Shown here: positions 32,166 to 41,477 of the stretch, in pieces | How the letters are laid out: every line of letters starts with the position of its first letter | How positions within the stretch are numbered: the stretch's first letter is position 1 | Origin: Pseudomonadota bacterium | GTDB lineage: Bacteria; Myxococcota; JACRCW01; JAFGSX01 | Length of the DNA stretch: 52,216 nucleotides | Direction of reading: 5' to 3' | NCBI GenBank assembly: GCA_043821645.1 | Contig: JBDRCO010000136.1 | Coordinates: 1-52,216 of the forward strand | Translations under genes and position numbers: made by a program | Notes under the pieces: model-generated | Seen by the model: the letters and a program-made list of their open reading frames with translations, nothing else | Database searches by the model: none | What the model was told of the DNA's origin: nothing

Positions 32166-33134
32166 ATGCGTGCACGTCACCTCATCTCGTGGGCCGTCCT
32201 TGTCACCTCCTCCGGCTGCATTCACGTCAACGAGCGGGTGGTGCAACGCGACACGCTCCTCGGTGAGGCCCAGGTCCTCGAGCAACGTGATCAACCCGAC
32301 ATCGTCATCGTCGAGGCCGACTACGCCGACGCCGAGCTCGGGTTGACCCTGCAGCGCATGACACCCTGCCAGCGTCGCTACCAGGTCCAGGTCAACCGGC
32401 AGGAGACCACACAGCGTCGTGCCGATCCGGGTAGCTACATCGCCATGGCCCTCGAAGGGCTAGGCGGGACGGCGGCGATCCTGGGCAGCGTGTGGGTGTT
32501 CACGGCCCGGGATGTTCAGTTTCAGGGCGGTGACGCAGGGCGAGTCCTCAACGGCCTTGCATGCCTCGGGCTGTCAGGGGGGCTGCTGGGCGCTCTTGGC
32601 TACCATGTGTACTACATCCTCGATCAGCCCGTGGAGCAGCTTCGCCTCGACGAGAACTACTGGAGCGAGGTCGAGACCTGCGCCCGAGAACCGCTGCGAC
32701 GCAGTGCGGTGACCGCGCGCATAGGCGCGGTGTAGCTCAAGGGCACCAGCGACGAGCTGGGGCAGTTGCGGCTGCGCGCTCCCGACGGCGTGGATCTGGG
32801 CTCGGTGCTCGCGGGTGCCAACTGGAGACTGAACGTGCAGCTGGCATCGCCGCGCGTGGAGCAGGAGGTCAACGTCTACCGACGGGAACCGGGAGGCAAG
32901 GCGACCCTGGACACGCCAATCCAGCCCGCAACCTTGGCGCCGACAGAGCGTGTGCGACCTGAACCAGAACCTGCATCGGTGGCACCGAGCCCGGATGGTG
33001 CCGCTTCGGCACCCGCTGCTGCCGCACGCGGTGTGGCTGCAGCGGCGGATGCGGTGGGCGATCTTGAGGAGCCGCCCCTGCCCGAGGGGCCTCCCGAGGG
33101 AGCGGTGGTTCTGCCACCCGAGGCCACGGACTGA
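32166..33134 (+). pseudogene. Lipoprotein-like gene interrupted by one in-frame TAG at 32733-32735
   Basis: Lipobox (SSGC). ORFs 32106-32735 and 32766-33134 share a frame and read ...RIGAV*LKGTSDELGQLRL... Confidence 0.6.
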
Positions 33135-33191
33135 TCCTGGGGTCTTTACTTCGACTGTCCACAGTCATCCTAGAAGATGCGGAGGGGTCTC

Positions 33192-35576
33192 ATGCGCTTG
33201 ATACTCGTCGGAGCGGATCATGAAGAGAACCTGGGTCTCGGCTACCTGGCCGCAGCGGCCACCGGGGCCGGCCATCAAGTGCAGGTGTTGCCACTGAACA
33301 GACGCCAGGATGCCGCTCTGCTGGCCCCGAGGATCGTCCAGGCCCAGCCCGAGGTCGTGGGTCTGTCGCTACAGTTCCAGCACCGTGCGGTGGACTTCCT
33401 GCTCCTTGCCGAGCTGCTGCGGCAACAGGGATACCGCGGTCACCTCACCTGTGGTGGCCAGGTGCCCTCTCTCGCCTGGCAGGAGCTGCTCTCCGATGCG
33501 CCAGCCATCGACAGCGTGGTCCTGTTCGAGGGTGAGCACACCCTGCTGGAGCTGCTCGCGGCATTGCAGGGAGGGACCTCGCTCGACGCCGTGCCGGGGG
33601 TCGCGCATCGCAGCGAAGACGGTCGGCCGGTGCGCAACACACCGCGCAGCCTGTGCACGGACCTGGATCAGCACGCGGCGCCCCTGCGCTATCGCCCGCA
33701 TACCCGGCACCTCGGCGTGCCCTTCATCCCTGTCTTGTGGAGCCGTGGGTGCTGGGGCACCTGCAGCTTCTGCTCGATCAGCAGCTTCTACAGCGGCGCA
33801 CGCGGGCGTGGGCATGGCAACGTCTTTCGCGAGCGCAGCGTCGACAACGTGGCAGATGAAATGGCCGCCCTGTATCGCGCTGCGGGTGGCGGCTTGTTTT
33901 GTTTCCACGACGACACCTTCCTGATGCCGCGGCCGGATCGTTCGCTCCAACGTGTTCAGGACCTGCGCTCCGCTCTGGATGCGCGCGGTGTCGGACGCAT
34001 CGGCATCATCGGCAAGTGCCGGCCCGACTGCCTGACACCGGAACTGGCCCGCAGCCTGCGGGAGCTGGGTGTGATCCGGCTCTACGTCGGCGTCGAGAAC
34101 GCCAGCGAGCCCGGACTGGTGCACCTGCGACGTCGGGCCACGCGTCAGCAGGTGCAGGCTGCCCTGGACGCCTGTGCCGGCGCGGGGATCTTTGCCTGCT
34201 ACAACCTGTTGCTGTTCGAGCCCGACACGGTCCTCGACGACGTGCGCACCAACCTCGACTTCATGCGTGACAACGCGCACCACCCTGTCAACTTCTGTCG
34301 TGCCGAGCCCTACATGGGGACGCGCCTGCATGCGGACCTGGTCGCGCGCGGGAGCTTTGTCGGCGATTACCGCTCGTGGAACTACCGCCTGCGCGACGAT
34401 CGCGCCGAGCTCCTGTTTCGTATCTGCGCGGCAGCGTTCAGGCAGCGCAACTTTGCCGACGCGGGGGTGGCCAATCGCTCGATGTCTCTGGGCTACTCGG
34501 CAAAGATCCTGCAGCACTTCGTGGGCGGACACGAGGCCGAGGAGCTCACCCGCGAGGCGACCCTCCTGACCGAGCACATCGTCCACAACACGGCCCTGCA
34601 CCTGGAGGAAGCCCTTGCCTTCGCGGCGACGGTGGATCTGGGCGATCGCGACAGCATCGAGCGCTACACGGCGACCCTGGGTTTGCGCGTCGCCACCAGC
34701 GATGCTGGCCTCGATGCCTCGATGCGGGACCTCAACATGCGCATGGAGCAGCTGGCGATCAGGCACCCGATCACCCCGGCCGCCCTGGATGGCATCAAAC
34801 CCCGGCGCAGCTCTGGCCGCGATCTCCTGCGCAAGCTGGCTGCAGGTGCAGCCCTGGGCGTGGGTGTGGTGGCGGGGGCGGCCTCGGTCTCCGACCCTCT
34901 CCCGCCCGACGGAGGCTACGTCGTGGATCCCGCACCCGTCGACGGTGGCCCGGGTGATGCCCAGGACGCGGGGCCTGGCATGGATCAGTGGGTGGTGGAC
35001 CCCGCTCCCTGGGATGCGGGTGGCGACGGCCCCATCGTCGTTGATCCACCGCCTGCGGACAGCGGCAGCCAGGACTACGGTCTCGTGGACCCCGCACCCT
35101 GGGACGCCGGCGGTGATGGCCCCATCGTCGTCGATCCACCTCCACCGGACAGCGGGGGCGTGGACGTGCCCCCGGTGGTGGATCCGGCGCCTGCCGACGC
35201 GGGCAGCCAGGATATCCCGCCCGTGGTCGACCCGGCGCCCTCCGACGGTGGTGGGATGATGGGGCTGGCGCCGCTGGACCATGACGTCGTCCTGGCGGTC
35301 CTGCGCCAGGTTTCAGGGACCTCCGCACCACGCAGCAGCGACCTGCCCATGACCGCGCCACCTCGCGTGGCCCTGCAGTTGCGGGGTCTGGGCGGGACCC
35401 GTCAGATCTCGCTCACCGGCGTGCCTGCCGCGGCCACACTGCGATTCGAGGTCAGCAGCGGTGTCATCGATGGCGAGGGCACGCAGGTCGAGTGGCGAGG
35501 TGCAGAACCTGGCGCGCAGATTCGCGTCGCCGTGCGCACCCCGGGTGGCGTGGCCGTGGTGCACGCAGTGATCTGA
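33192..35576 (+). CDS. Cobalamin-binding radical SAM enzyme with C-terminal hydrophobic segment, tandem acidic Pro-rich repeats and small beta-rich domain
   Basis: B12-binding-like N-terminus (NLGLGYLAA, VVGLS, GGQVPS, FEGEHTL). SRGCWGTCSFC CxxxCxxC, FHDDTF and VGVEN. GGAGGG SD before ATG 33192. Confidence 0.92.
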   Translation: MRLILVGADHEENLGLGYLAAAATGAGHQVQVLPLNRRQDAALLAPRIVQAQPEVVGLSLQFQHRAVDFLLLAELLRQQGYRGHLTCGGQVPSLAWQELLSDAPAIDSVVLFEGEHTLLELLAALQGGTSLDAVPGVAHRSEDGRPVRNTPRSLCTDLDQHAAPLRYRPHTRHLGVPFIPVLWSRGCWGTCSFCSISSFYSGARGRGHGNVFRERSVDNVADEMAALYRAAGGGLFCFHDDTFLMPRPDRSLQRVQDLRSALDARGVGRIGIIGKCRPDCLTPELARSLRELGVIRLYVGVENASEPGLVHLRRRATRQQVQAALDACAGAGIFACYNLLLFEPDTVLDDVRTNLDFMRDNAHHPVNFCRAEPYMGTRLHADLVARGSFVGDYRSWNYRLRDDRAELLFRICAAAFRQRNFADAGVANRSMSLGYSAKILQHFVGGHEAEELTREATLLTEHIVHNTALHLEEALAFAATVDLGDRDSIERYTATLGLRVATSDAGLDASMRDLNMRMEQLAIRHPITPAALDGIKPRRSSGRDLLRKLAAGAALGVGVVAGAASVSDPLPPDGGYVVDPAPVDGGPGDAQDAGPGMDQWVVDPAPWDAGGDGPIVVDPPPADSGSQDYGLVDPAPWDAGGDGPIVVDPPPPDSGGVDVPPVVDPAPADAGSQDIPPVVDPAPSDGGGMMGLAPLDHDVVLAVLRQVSGTSAPRSSDLPMTAPPRVALQLRGLGGTRQISLTGVPAAATLRFEVSSGVIDGEGTQVEWRGAEPGAQIRVAVRTPGGVAVVHAVI
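34884..35255 (+). repeat. Eight in-frame peptide repeats, consensus (V/L)V-D-P-x-P-x-D-(A/G/S)-G
   Basis: VSDPLPPDGG, VVDPAPVDGG, VVDPAPWDAG, VVDPPPADSG, LVDPAPWDAG, VVDPPPPDSG, VVDPAPADAG and VVDPAPSDGG. Confidence 0.93.
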
Positions 35577-35582
35577 GCCCGG

Positions 35583-36137
35583 TTACAGGCCCAGCGGATC
35601 GGAGATCTCGCGCATCGCCTCGAGGGCAATGCTCACCAGCTCGTCGAGGGGAAGCTGAGCCTGCTCGCACTCGCGGATGATGTCGCGGTTGACCCCAGCA
35701 GCGAAGGCCTTCTCCTTCATGCGCTTGAGCACGGACTTGGGCTTGACGCTGGCCAGCTTCTTGTCCGGGTACACCATGGCCGTTGCCATGATCAGACCCG
35801 TCACGGTCTCGCCTGCGGCCAGCAGGTGGTGCAGGGCCGTCTCGCGGGGTCGCGGACAGGCCTCCTCGTTGTGACGCTCGATGGCGTCGATGAGTTCCTC
35901 GTCGAGTCCGAGCGGCTCCAGCAACGGCCGTGCCTCCATGCCGTGGCGGTGGGGATCCGCGGCGGTGTCCTCGACATCCAGGTCGTGCAGCAGACCAGCC
36001 ACACCCCAGCGTTCGACGTCATGGCCGGTTCGCGCGGCCAGGGCGCGCAGCACGGCCTCGCTGGCCAGGCAGTGCCTGCGCATGCGTTCGTTCTTGACGT
36101 GTGCATGGAGCAGGCTCAGGGCGTCGTCTCTTTGCAT
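35583..36137 (-). CDS. HD/HDIG-domain metal-dependent phosphohydrolase
   Basis: RRHCLASEA, GLLHDLD, HG, H and KSVLKRMKEKAFAAGVNR. Confidence 0.88.
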   Translation of the reverse strand: MQRDDALSLLHAHVKNERMRRHCLASEAVLRALAARTGHDVERWGVAGLLHDLDVEDTAADPHRHGMEARPLLEPLGLDEELIDAIERHNEEACPRPRETALHHLLAAGETVTGLIMATAMVYPDKKLASVKPKSVLKRMKEKAFAAGVNRDIIRECEQAQLPLDELVSIALEAMREISDPLGL

Positions 36138-36144
36138 GGTCACC

Positions 36145-37470
36145 TCAGCGGCGTCGTGATCGGCCGCGATGCTCCCGGACACCAGGGTCCTGGGTCGGCC
36201 GGTAGGGCTCGGTGTGCAGCAGGGCCGTGCGCAGCGCCTCACGTGCGGCGTAGCTGGCGCGGATGCGCCAGTGCGGCGAGTTGACGATCATGGCCGCGAC
36301 AGCCACCCGGGGATTGTCCGCGGGCGCGAAGCCGGCGAACCAGGTGACCTCGCCCCAGTCGTCTCCCTCCCCGTCGACCAGCGAGCCTGTCTTGCCCGCC
36401 ACCTCGATCGTGCCAAGCACGGGGCGTCGGCGCTCGTGAAAGGCCCGCCGGGCCGTTCCTTCGCGGACGGTGAGAGTCATCATCTGCGCGAGCTGTTCGG
36501 CGACCGCTCGGGGAAGCAGGCGTGGGGGGTGGGCGGGATCTCTGCCCAGGGAGCTGGGCAGCACACCGCGGTTGGCGACCAGGGCTGCCAGCACTGCGGC
36601 ATGCCATGCGGAAACCCGCACCTCGCCGAAGCCCGCTGCAGTGCGCGCGAAACCCAGGCGCTCATCGGGGAGCACGGCGGTGCCGTAGCAGCGCAGCGCT
36701 GCATGCTCGGCCGGCGCCGCAAAGCCGAAGCGCCGCGCCACCTCGGCCAGTCTACCCACGTCGAGCAGACGGTCGGCCCACTTCGCCATGGGCACATTGA
36801 GGCTGGAGGCCAGAGCGCGGTCGAGTCCCGCGCAGGCGCGGTCGCGCGCGGCGTTGTCCTCGAGCTGGCGCAGCATCACGTCGCGCTTTCCGCCGTGGTA
36901 GCAAATGCTCGAGCTGGGCGTCAGCCCTTTTTGCAGGAGGGCTGCGCTGGATACGATCTTGAACAGCGAGGCGGCCGGGAAGCGGGGCTCCACCGCGAGG
37001 TGTCTGTCATCGACCCCAGGTGCGCGGTGGCCGGCTGCGGCCAGAAGCTCGCCAGTCCGTGGGTCCAGCACCACGATCGCGCCTTCGGGAACATCGTAGT
37101 CCTCCAGCAGCCACTGCATGCGCTGCTCGAGGAACTCGTCGCGCCCTTGCGTCATCGCCCCCTCGGCGTCGAACAGGGAGTCGGGACAGTTGCCCTCTCC
37201 GAAGGCCTCGTGTCGGGGACCTGCAGGGGCGGAGAGGTGCGGACCATGTTCCGTGGCCGGTGCCATGGCAGCGGCAGCCGGGATCGCTGCGGTCGCATCC
37301 ACGACGGACTGGCGTGCGGCATCCTCGACCCCGGTGGGAGAGGACGATTCCGCGTGCGCTTCCGCGACAGGTGCCTGCAGCCTTGCTGGCGTTGAACTTC
37401 GCGTCATGCGGTAGCCGAGAAAGCCACCACAGAGAAGGAGCGCCAGGTAGACGAAGGTTGCGCGTCGCAT
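36145..37470 (-). CDS. Penicillin-binding protein, transpeptidase domain with N-terminal anchor
   Basis: N-terminal TM, VVLDPRTGELLA, SxxK (ASLFK), SxN (SLN), AGKTG and WFAGFAPADNP. Confidence 0.9.
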   Translation of the reverse strand: MRRATFVYLALLLCGGFLGYRMTRSSTPARLQAPVAEAHAESSSPTGVEDAARQSVVDATAAIPAAAAMAPATEHGPHLSAPAGPRHEAFGEGNCPDSLFDAEGAMTQGRDEFLEQRMQWLLEDYDVPEGAIVVLDPRTGELLAAAGHRAPGVDDRHLAVEPRFPAASLFKIVSSAALLQKGLTPSSSICYHGGKRDVMLRQLEDNAARDRACAGLDRALASSLNVPMAKWADRLLDVGRLAEVARRFGFAAPAEHAALRCYGTAVLPDERLGFARTAAGFGEVRVSAWHAAVLAALVANRGVLPSSLGRDPAHPPRLLPRAVAEQLAQMMTLTVREGTARRAFHERRRPVLGTIEVAGKTGSLVDGEGDDWGEVTWFAGFAPADNPRVAVAAMIVNSPHWRIRASYAAREALRTALLHTEPYRPTQDPGVREHRGRSRRR

Positions 37471-37605
37471 GTGAGACCCATTTGATCGGAGCGTGGCGAC
37501 GCCGTCAACGACCGCGTCTGTTCTCGCGCGCAGGTGGCGTTCCTGGCACTGTGGCGAGGTCGTAGCCGGGCCGTGTCGGGAGCGGCGTCGTCCGGGCAGG
37601 GATGC

Positions 37606-39111
37606 ATGAAGGTCAAACCTCCTCGAACCCAACCCTGGTGTGCCGCCGCACCCTGGGTCGCCGCTGCTGCGGTCCTGGTGATCGCGGTGCTCACCGCACT
37701 GCCCACCTTCGCGGTGAACCTCGGGCTTCCCGGCGAGGCGGATGCCGTCGACTATCGCGTACCTCTGCTGCGCTGGATGCTGAGACATCGCAGCTACCCG
37801 GTGTGGGACTGGACGGTCGTGGACGACTATCCCATGCTGGGAGAGCTGCTCATGCTCCCGCTCCATGCGGTGCGCCCTTCGCTGGCGCGGTTGGTGCCGT
37901 GGAGCGCTTTCCTGATCACCCTCGTCGTGTGTGGCGCGCTGTACGCCTCTTCAGGTCCCAAGCGCGACCGCTCGCGCGAGGCCATGCTGGCCTGGGCCTG
38001 GGTTGCTGCGCTCTATCCGCTGGCCTTTCCCTCCACCCTGCTGATGACCGATCCCCTGGGAACGCTCGGTGTTCTCGCAGCACTGCTCGGTGTGCTTCGT
38101 GGCAGAAGTCTGGTGGCGGGTCTTGGGCTGACTCTTGCCGTCGCCAGCAAGTACTGGACCTGGCCCCTGGTGCTGCCCCTGCTCGCCGCAGCGTGCGTGG
38201 CCTGGGGAGGTCGAGACCGGCTGCGCCTCGTGGGTGTTCTGGTCCTGGGCGCTTTCGCGGGTGCCCTACCAACGATGGTGCGCAACATCGTCGTCAACGG
38301 TGGCAATCCATTCTTCCCCCTTTTCCTGGATGCGTTCGGACAGGCGCACGTCATGCTGGCCGTGAACTACGACAGCTACGGCCGGGGCACAGGTTTCATC
38401 GATCTACTGCGACTGCCCTTCGACCTCCTGATCTCGTCCAATTTCCAGAACCTGTACGACTACAACCTCGGTGTCGCCTTCTACCTGCAGCTCGGAGCTG
38501 CACTCGCCGCAGTGGTCTGGCGTCGTCGTGCCCGGCGCCACCTCCAGCGCCTGCTGACCACGCGTCACGGGCGCGCCCTCGCGGTCTTCACAGTGCTTCA
38601 CCTGCTGTGCTGGTTCTACGGCGCCCAGCAGATGCGATTCCTGGCACCAGCGCTGGCGGTGACCAGCCTGGGCCTGCTCGGTCTGGCGCGGCGAGGGCTC
38701 CCACCGTGGCTCCTCGCCCTGGTTCTCTTCCTCGGCGCATACACCTTCAGGGTCGCGCACTGGGGAGACCTGGCACTCGCCCGGGGGCAGCAGCACAGCG
38801 TGTTCGCCTCGAGGGCAGAACGAGCGGGGCGCTGCGTGAGCAGGCTCCCCGAAGGTGCGACGCTCGGACTCGGCCGGCGCGACGGAAGCCTGGGCTTTCT
38901 CGCCGTGGACTTCGTCTTCTGCGCACCACACCCCGCCGCGATCACTCCGCTCGACGGGCCCCCGCCGAGGCCAGAATTCCTGTACGACCCGACCTTGCAG
39001 GCGGCTCCCCCCGGCTACCAGGCCTGGCCAGAGGACCAGCCCTGCATGTGGCGAAGAAAGGCAAGGGCGACGGGTGACAGCTCCCTGGACGACCCGGGGG
39101 GACTTCGCTGA
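37606..39111 (+). CDS. Polytopic membrane protein, probable GT-C glycosyltransferase (ArnT-like)
   Basis: D...Y..P loop, YPMLGELL, AVASKY, RNIVVNGGNPFFP and QQMRFLAP; many TM segments. Confidence 0.65.
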   Translation: MKVKPPRTQPWCAAAPWVAAAAVLVIAVLTALPTFAVNLGLPGEADAVDYRVPLLRWMLRHRSYPVWDWTVVDDYPMLGELLMLPLHAVRPSLARLVPWSAFLITLVVCGALYASSGPKRDRSREAMLAWAWVAALYPLAFPSTLLMTDPLGTLGVLAALLGVLRGRSLVAGLGLTLAVASKYWTWPLVLPLLAAACVAWGGRDRLRLVGVLVLGAFAGALPTMVRNIVVNGGNPFFPLFLDAFGQAHVMLAVNYDSYGRGTGFIDLLRLPFDLLISSNFQNLYDYNLGVAFYLQLGAALAAVVWRRRARRHLQRLLTTRHGRALAVFTVLHLLCWFYGAQQMRFLAPALAVTSLGLLGLARRGLPPWLLALVLFLGAYTFRVAHWGDLALARGQQHSVFASRAERAGRCVSRLPEGATLGLGRRDGSLGFLAVDFVFCAPHPAAITPLDGPPPRPEFLYDPTLQAAPPGYQAWPEDQPCMWRRKARATGDSSLDDPGGLR

Positions 39112-39149
39112 CGCTGCACGCCGTCCATCTCGGAGCACCGGCGGGATAA

Positions 39150-40616
39150 TTACAGCGACCACCCGAACTCGGTCCCGACCGAGAAGTCGTCGACCGCGAA
39201 GCGCTCGCCGTTGTCGATGTTGCGCTCGACGCTGTGGGTGTAGCGGGCGATCAGGCCCACGAACAGCACGCTCAGCTTGCCCTGGACCACCACGGCGCTC
39301 AGACCGTCGTCCGTGAACACGCGGTCGTATTCACGCCACCCTTCGCGCAGCAGCGACACCGTGACATTGGCCATGGTGGGGCCCGCAGTGGCGCCGATCC
39401 TGGCCCGGCCATAGCTGTGACCGTCGGCCGCATCGAAGGGGATGCGATCGCTGATCTCGGCCCAGGCGCTGACCGTGTCGGCGAGCTGCGCGCTCAGCGT
39501 CCCGACATAGCCTTGCGCCGCGGGTGCGGGTGACAGGCGCGAGGCCTTGGGCTCGTCGTCAGCAACGGTGCGTAGCCGCTCGAACACGTAGCGCGAGTCA
39601 TAGTACCAGGGCTTGTAGCCCCTCGTGCCCAGCACGTACTGGAGGCTGAGCTGCCAGTAGATGCCAAAGAAGTCTGTGCCCACTCCGACGCCAGGGTGCA
39701 ACCCGAAACCCGGCCCGTCGCCACGGCCCATGAGCATCACGCCGTCGACGTAAGGATTGAGGTGAAGGATGCCCAGATCCACCGGTGGCGTCTCGATGTC
39801 GAGGCCGAAGGCGCTCATCGGCCTGGCCCCACGGCCGGGCACCTGCACGCCGTCCGCGTCGACGCCCTCGCGGGTCACAGGAGCATCCAGATCGGTCACG
39901 GCGGTGAAGCCGACGATGAGCATGCCGAACACGGCGGCCCTGGGGTCGACATTGAGGTCGTTGGGTTCCAGCGCGGAGTCCGGGCTGAGGATGATGTTCA
40001 GGGGTTTCAGGCGCAGGCGGCCAGCGAGCAAGCGCGCGGGCTGGAGCGCGTCGCCGAGCACCAGGGTCAGGCCTCCCCCCTTGAGCTGCCCCTCGGCAAC
40101 CAGGCCGAAGGCCAGCGGAGCGCCCTCGGGTGAGTTCTGGTACAGGTTGACCAGGGAGCCATGGCCGAGGGTGGTCTGCAGCAATCCCAGCTCGAAGTGA
40201 AGCGAGTCGCCGTCCTTGCCGACGCGCCAGCGCAAAAAACCACGTCGAGGATCGTCCCGATCTCCTCCGACGCCGGGCCCGGTGCCTGGCAGATCTTCGG
40301 CCAGGGACAGTCCTCGCAGCGTCGAGGGCAGCTGTGGATACCAGGTCCAGCCCGGGGACACGCGCAGGGCAAAGTGCATGCCTTCGGTCCCCGAGTAGGG
40401 CCCGTCCATCACCATGCGCCCGACGTCCATCAACCCGAGTTCGGACTGTAGAACGGTATCGTGGGCGTAGCTTGGACCCCTCGCGGAAAGAGAGCCTGGG
40501 GCAGGCGTGGGTGCAGGAGCGGGACGGGGTGTCACGCTCTGGCCACGCGAAGGCTCCGAGACGCCCAGCATGCACAGCAGAAGTGAGGTGACGGATACCG
40601 CAGGCCGAATGCTCAT
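39150..40616 (-). CDS. Secreted protein, probable outer-membrane beta-barrel
   Basis: Signal peptide, alternating amphipathic beta-strand patterns, and aromatic-rich terminal strand (FSVGTEFGWSL). Confidence 0.6.
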   Translation of the reverse strand: MSIRPAVSVTSLLLCMLGVSEPSRGQSVTPRPAPAPTPAPGSLSARGPSYAHDTVLQSELGLMDVGRMVMDGPYSGTEGMHFALRVSPGWTWYPQLPSTLRGLSLAEDLPGTGPGVGGDRDDPRRGFLRWRVGKDGDSLHFELGLLQTTLGHGSLVNLYQNSPEGAPLAFGLVAEGQLKGGGLTLVLGDALQPARLLAGRLRLKPLNIILSPDSALEPNDLNVDPRAAVFGMLIVGFTAVTDLDAPVTREGVDADGVQVPGRGARPMSAFGLDIETPPVDLGILHLNPYVDGVMLMGRGDGPGFGLHPGVGVGTDFFGIYWQLSLQYVLGTRGYKPWYYDSRYVFERLRTVADDEPKASRLSPAPAAQGYVGTLSAQLADTVSAWAEISDRIPFDAADGHSYGRARIGATAGPTMANVTVSLLREGWREYDRVFTDDGLSAVVVQGKLSVLFVGLIARYTHSVERNIDNGERFAVDDFSVGTEFGWSL

Positions 40617-40826
40617 ATTTCACCCATATAGAAGTATGACGCGGCCTCAAGCTGATGTTGTGAAAAAAAATGGACGCTGCGGCCCGGGCTCGTCGCCACC
40701 ATGCCACGCAGCCCTTGCCCCCGTGGGATGGCGTGTTATACCGGCAGCTTGCGCAGCAGACTCGCTGCCGGTGCGAGGAACATGAGCCGTCGCCGCGACA
40801 CGCGCCCACCCGGCAGTGGTGCCAGT

Positions 40827-41477
40827 ATGATGCTCCGCGTCGTGCTGTACTTTGCCCTGGCCCTGAGCGCCTTTGTCACCATGGCGGGCTTGCCCGCGAT
40901 ACAGCGGCGGGTCGAGGCCGGGCAGTGGCACGCCCTGTGGCTCATTGCACCGGCGGTCTGCTTCGGCCTGTTCCTGGTCATTTACATCGCCGACCGGGTG
41001 TGGCTGCTCAGGCACCGCAACTACCCGTCCGGGCGCGCCCTGTTCCAGGTGGTGTTCGGAGTGGTCTTCGTGCTGCTTCTGCTCCCCTCGAGCATCCGGG
41101 AGTACCGCAGCGTGCTGCAGCGGCGGCCTCCACGGCAGAGTCTGTATGCGCTCATGTTGCACTCGGACGCCCGGGTTCGCTCCGCAGCCTGCGAGCTGTC
41201 CGCGCACCGTCCCGAGGCCGAGCGCTACCTCGACGCCCTGTCCCAGCGTCTGGTGGACCCCTCCTCCGAGGTGCGCGAGGCGGCCCAGGTTGCGCTGGAG
41301 CAGATCACTGGCCACCTGTTCGCGACCAGTGCCGAGGGGCAGGTCGAACTCGTGCGCTTTCTCGAGGACAGGGGCGCCGTTGCGGCCATGACCGCGACGG
41401 GACGTAAGGTTCTCGACGGTTCGATCGAGGACGACGCGGCTCCGGCATCGAACGCGGGGGAGGATTCCGGACGATGA
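40827..41477 (+). CDS. 3-TM membrane protein with HEAT-like repeats
   Basis: Three hydrophobic segments, then DARVRSAACE and LVDPSSEVREAAQVALEQITG. Alternative start at 40782. Confidence 0.75.
   Translation: MMLRVVLYFALALSAFVTMAGLPAIQRRVEAGQWHALWLIAPAVCFGLFLVIYIADRVWLLRHRNYPSGRALFQVVFGVVFVLLLLPSSIREYRSVLQRRPPRQSLYALMLHSDARVRSAACELSAHRPEAERYLDALSQRLVDPSSEVREAAQVALEQITGHLFATSAEGQVELVRFLEDRGAVAAMTATGRKVLDGSIEDDAAPASNAGEDSGR

Noticed and set aside
32733-32735. Genome-wide stop-codon reassignment
   Set aside because: Several well-supported genes in the window terminate at TAG at their expected ends.
34884-35255. Repeat region considered as a CRISPR array or DNA-level repeat element
   Set aside because: Units are in frame, vary mainly at third codon positions and lack constant-length identical repeats. 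No cas genes are present.
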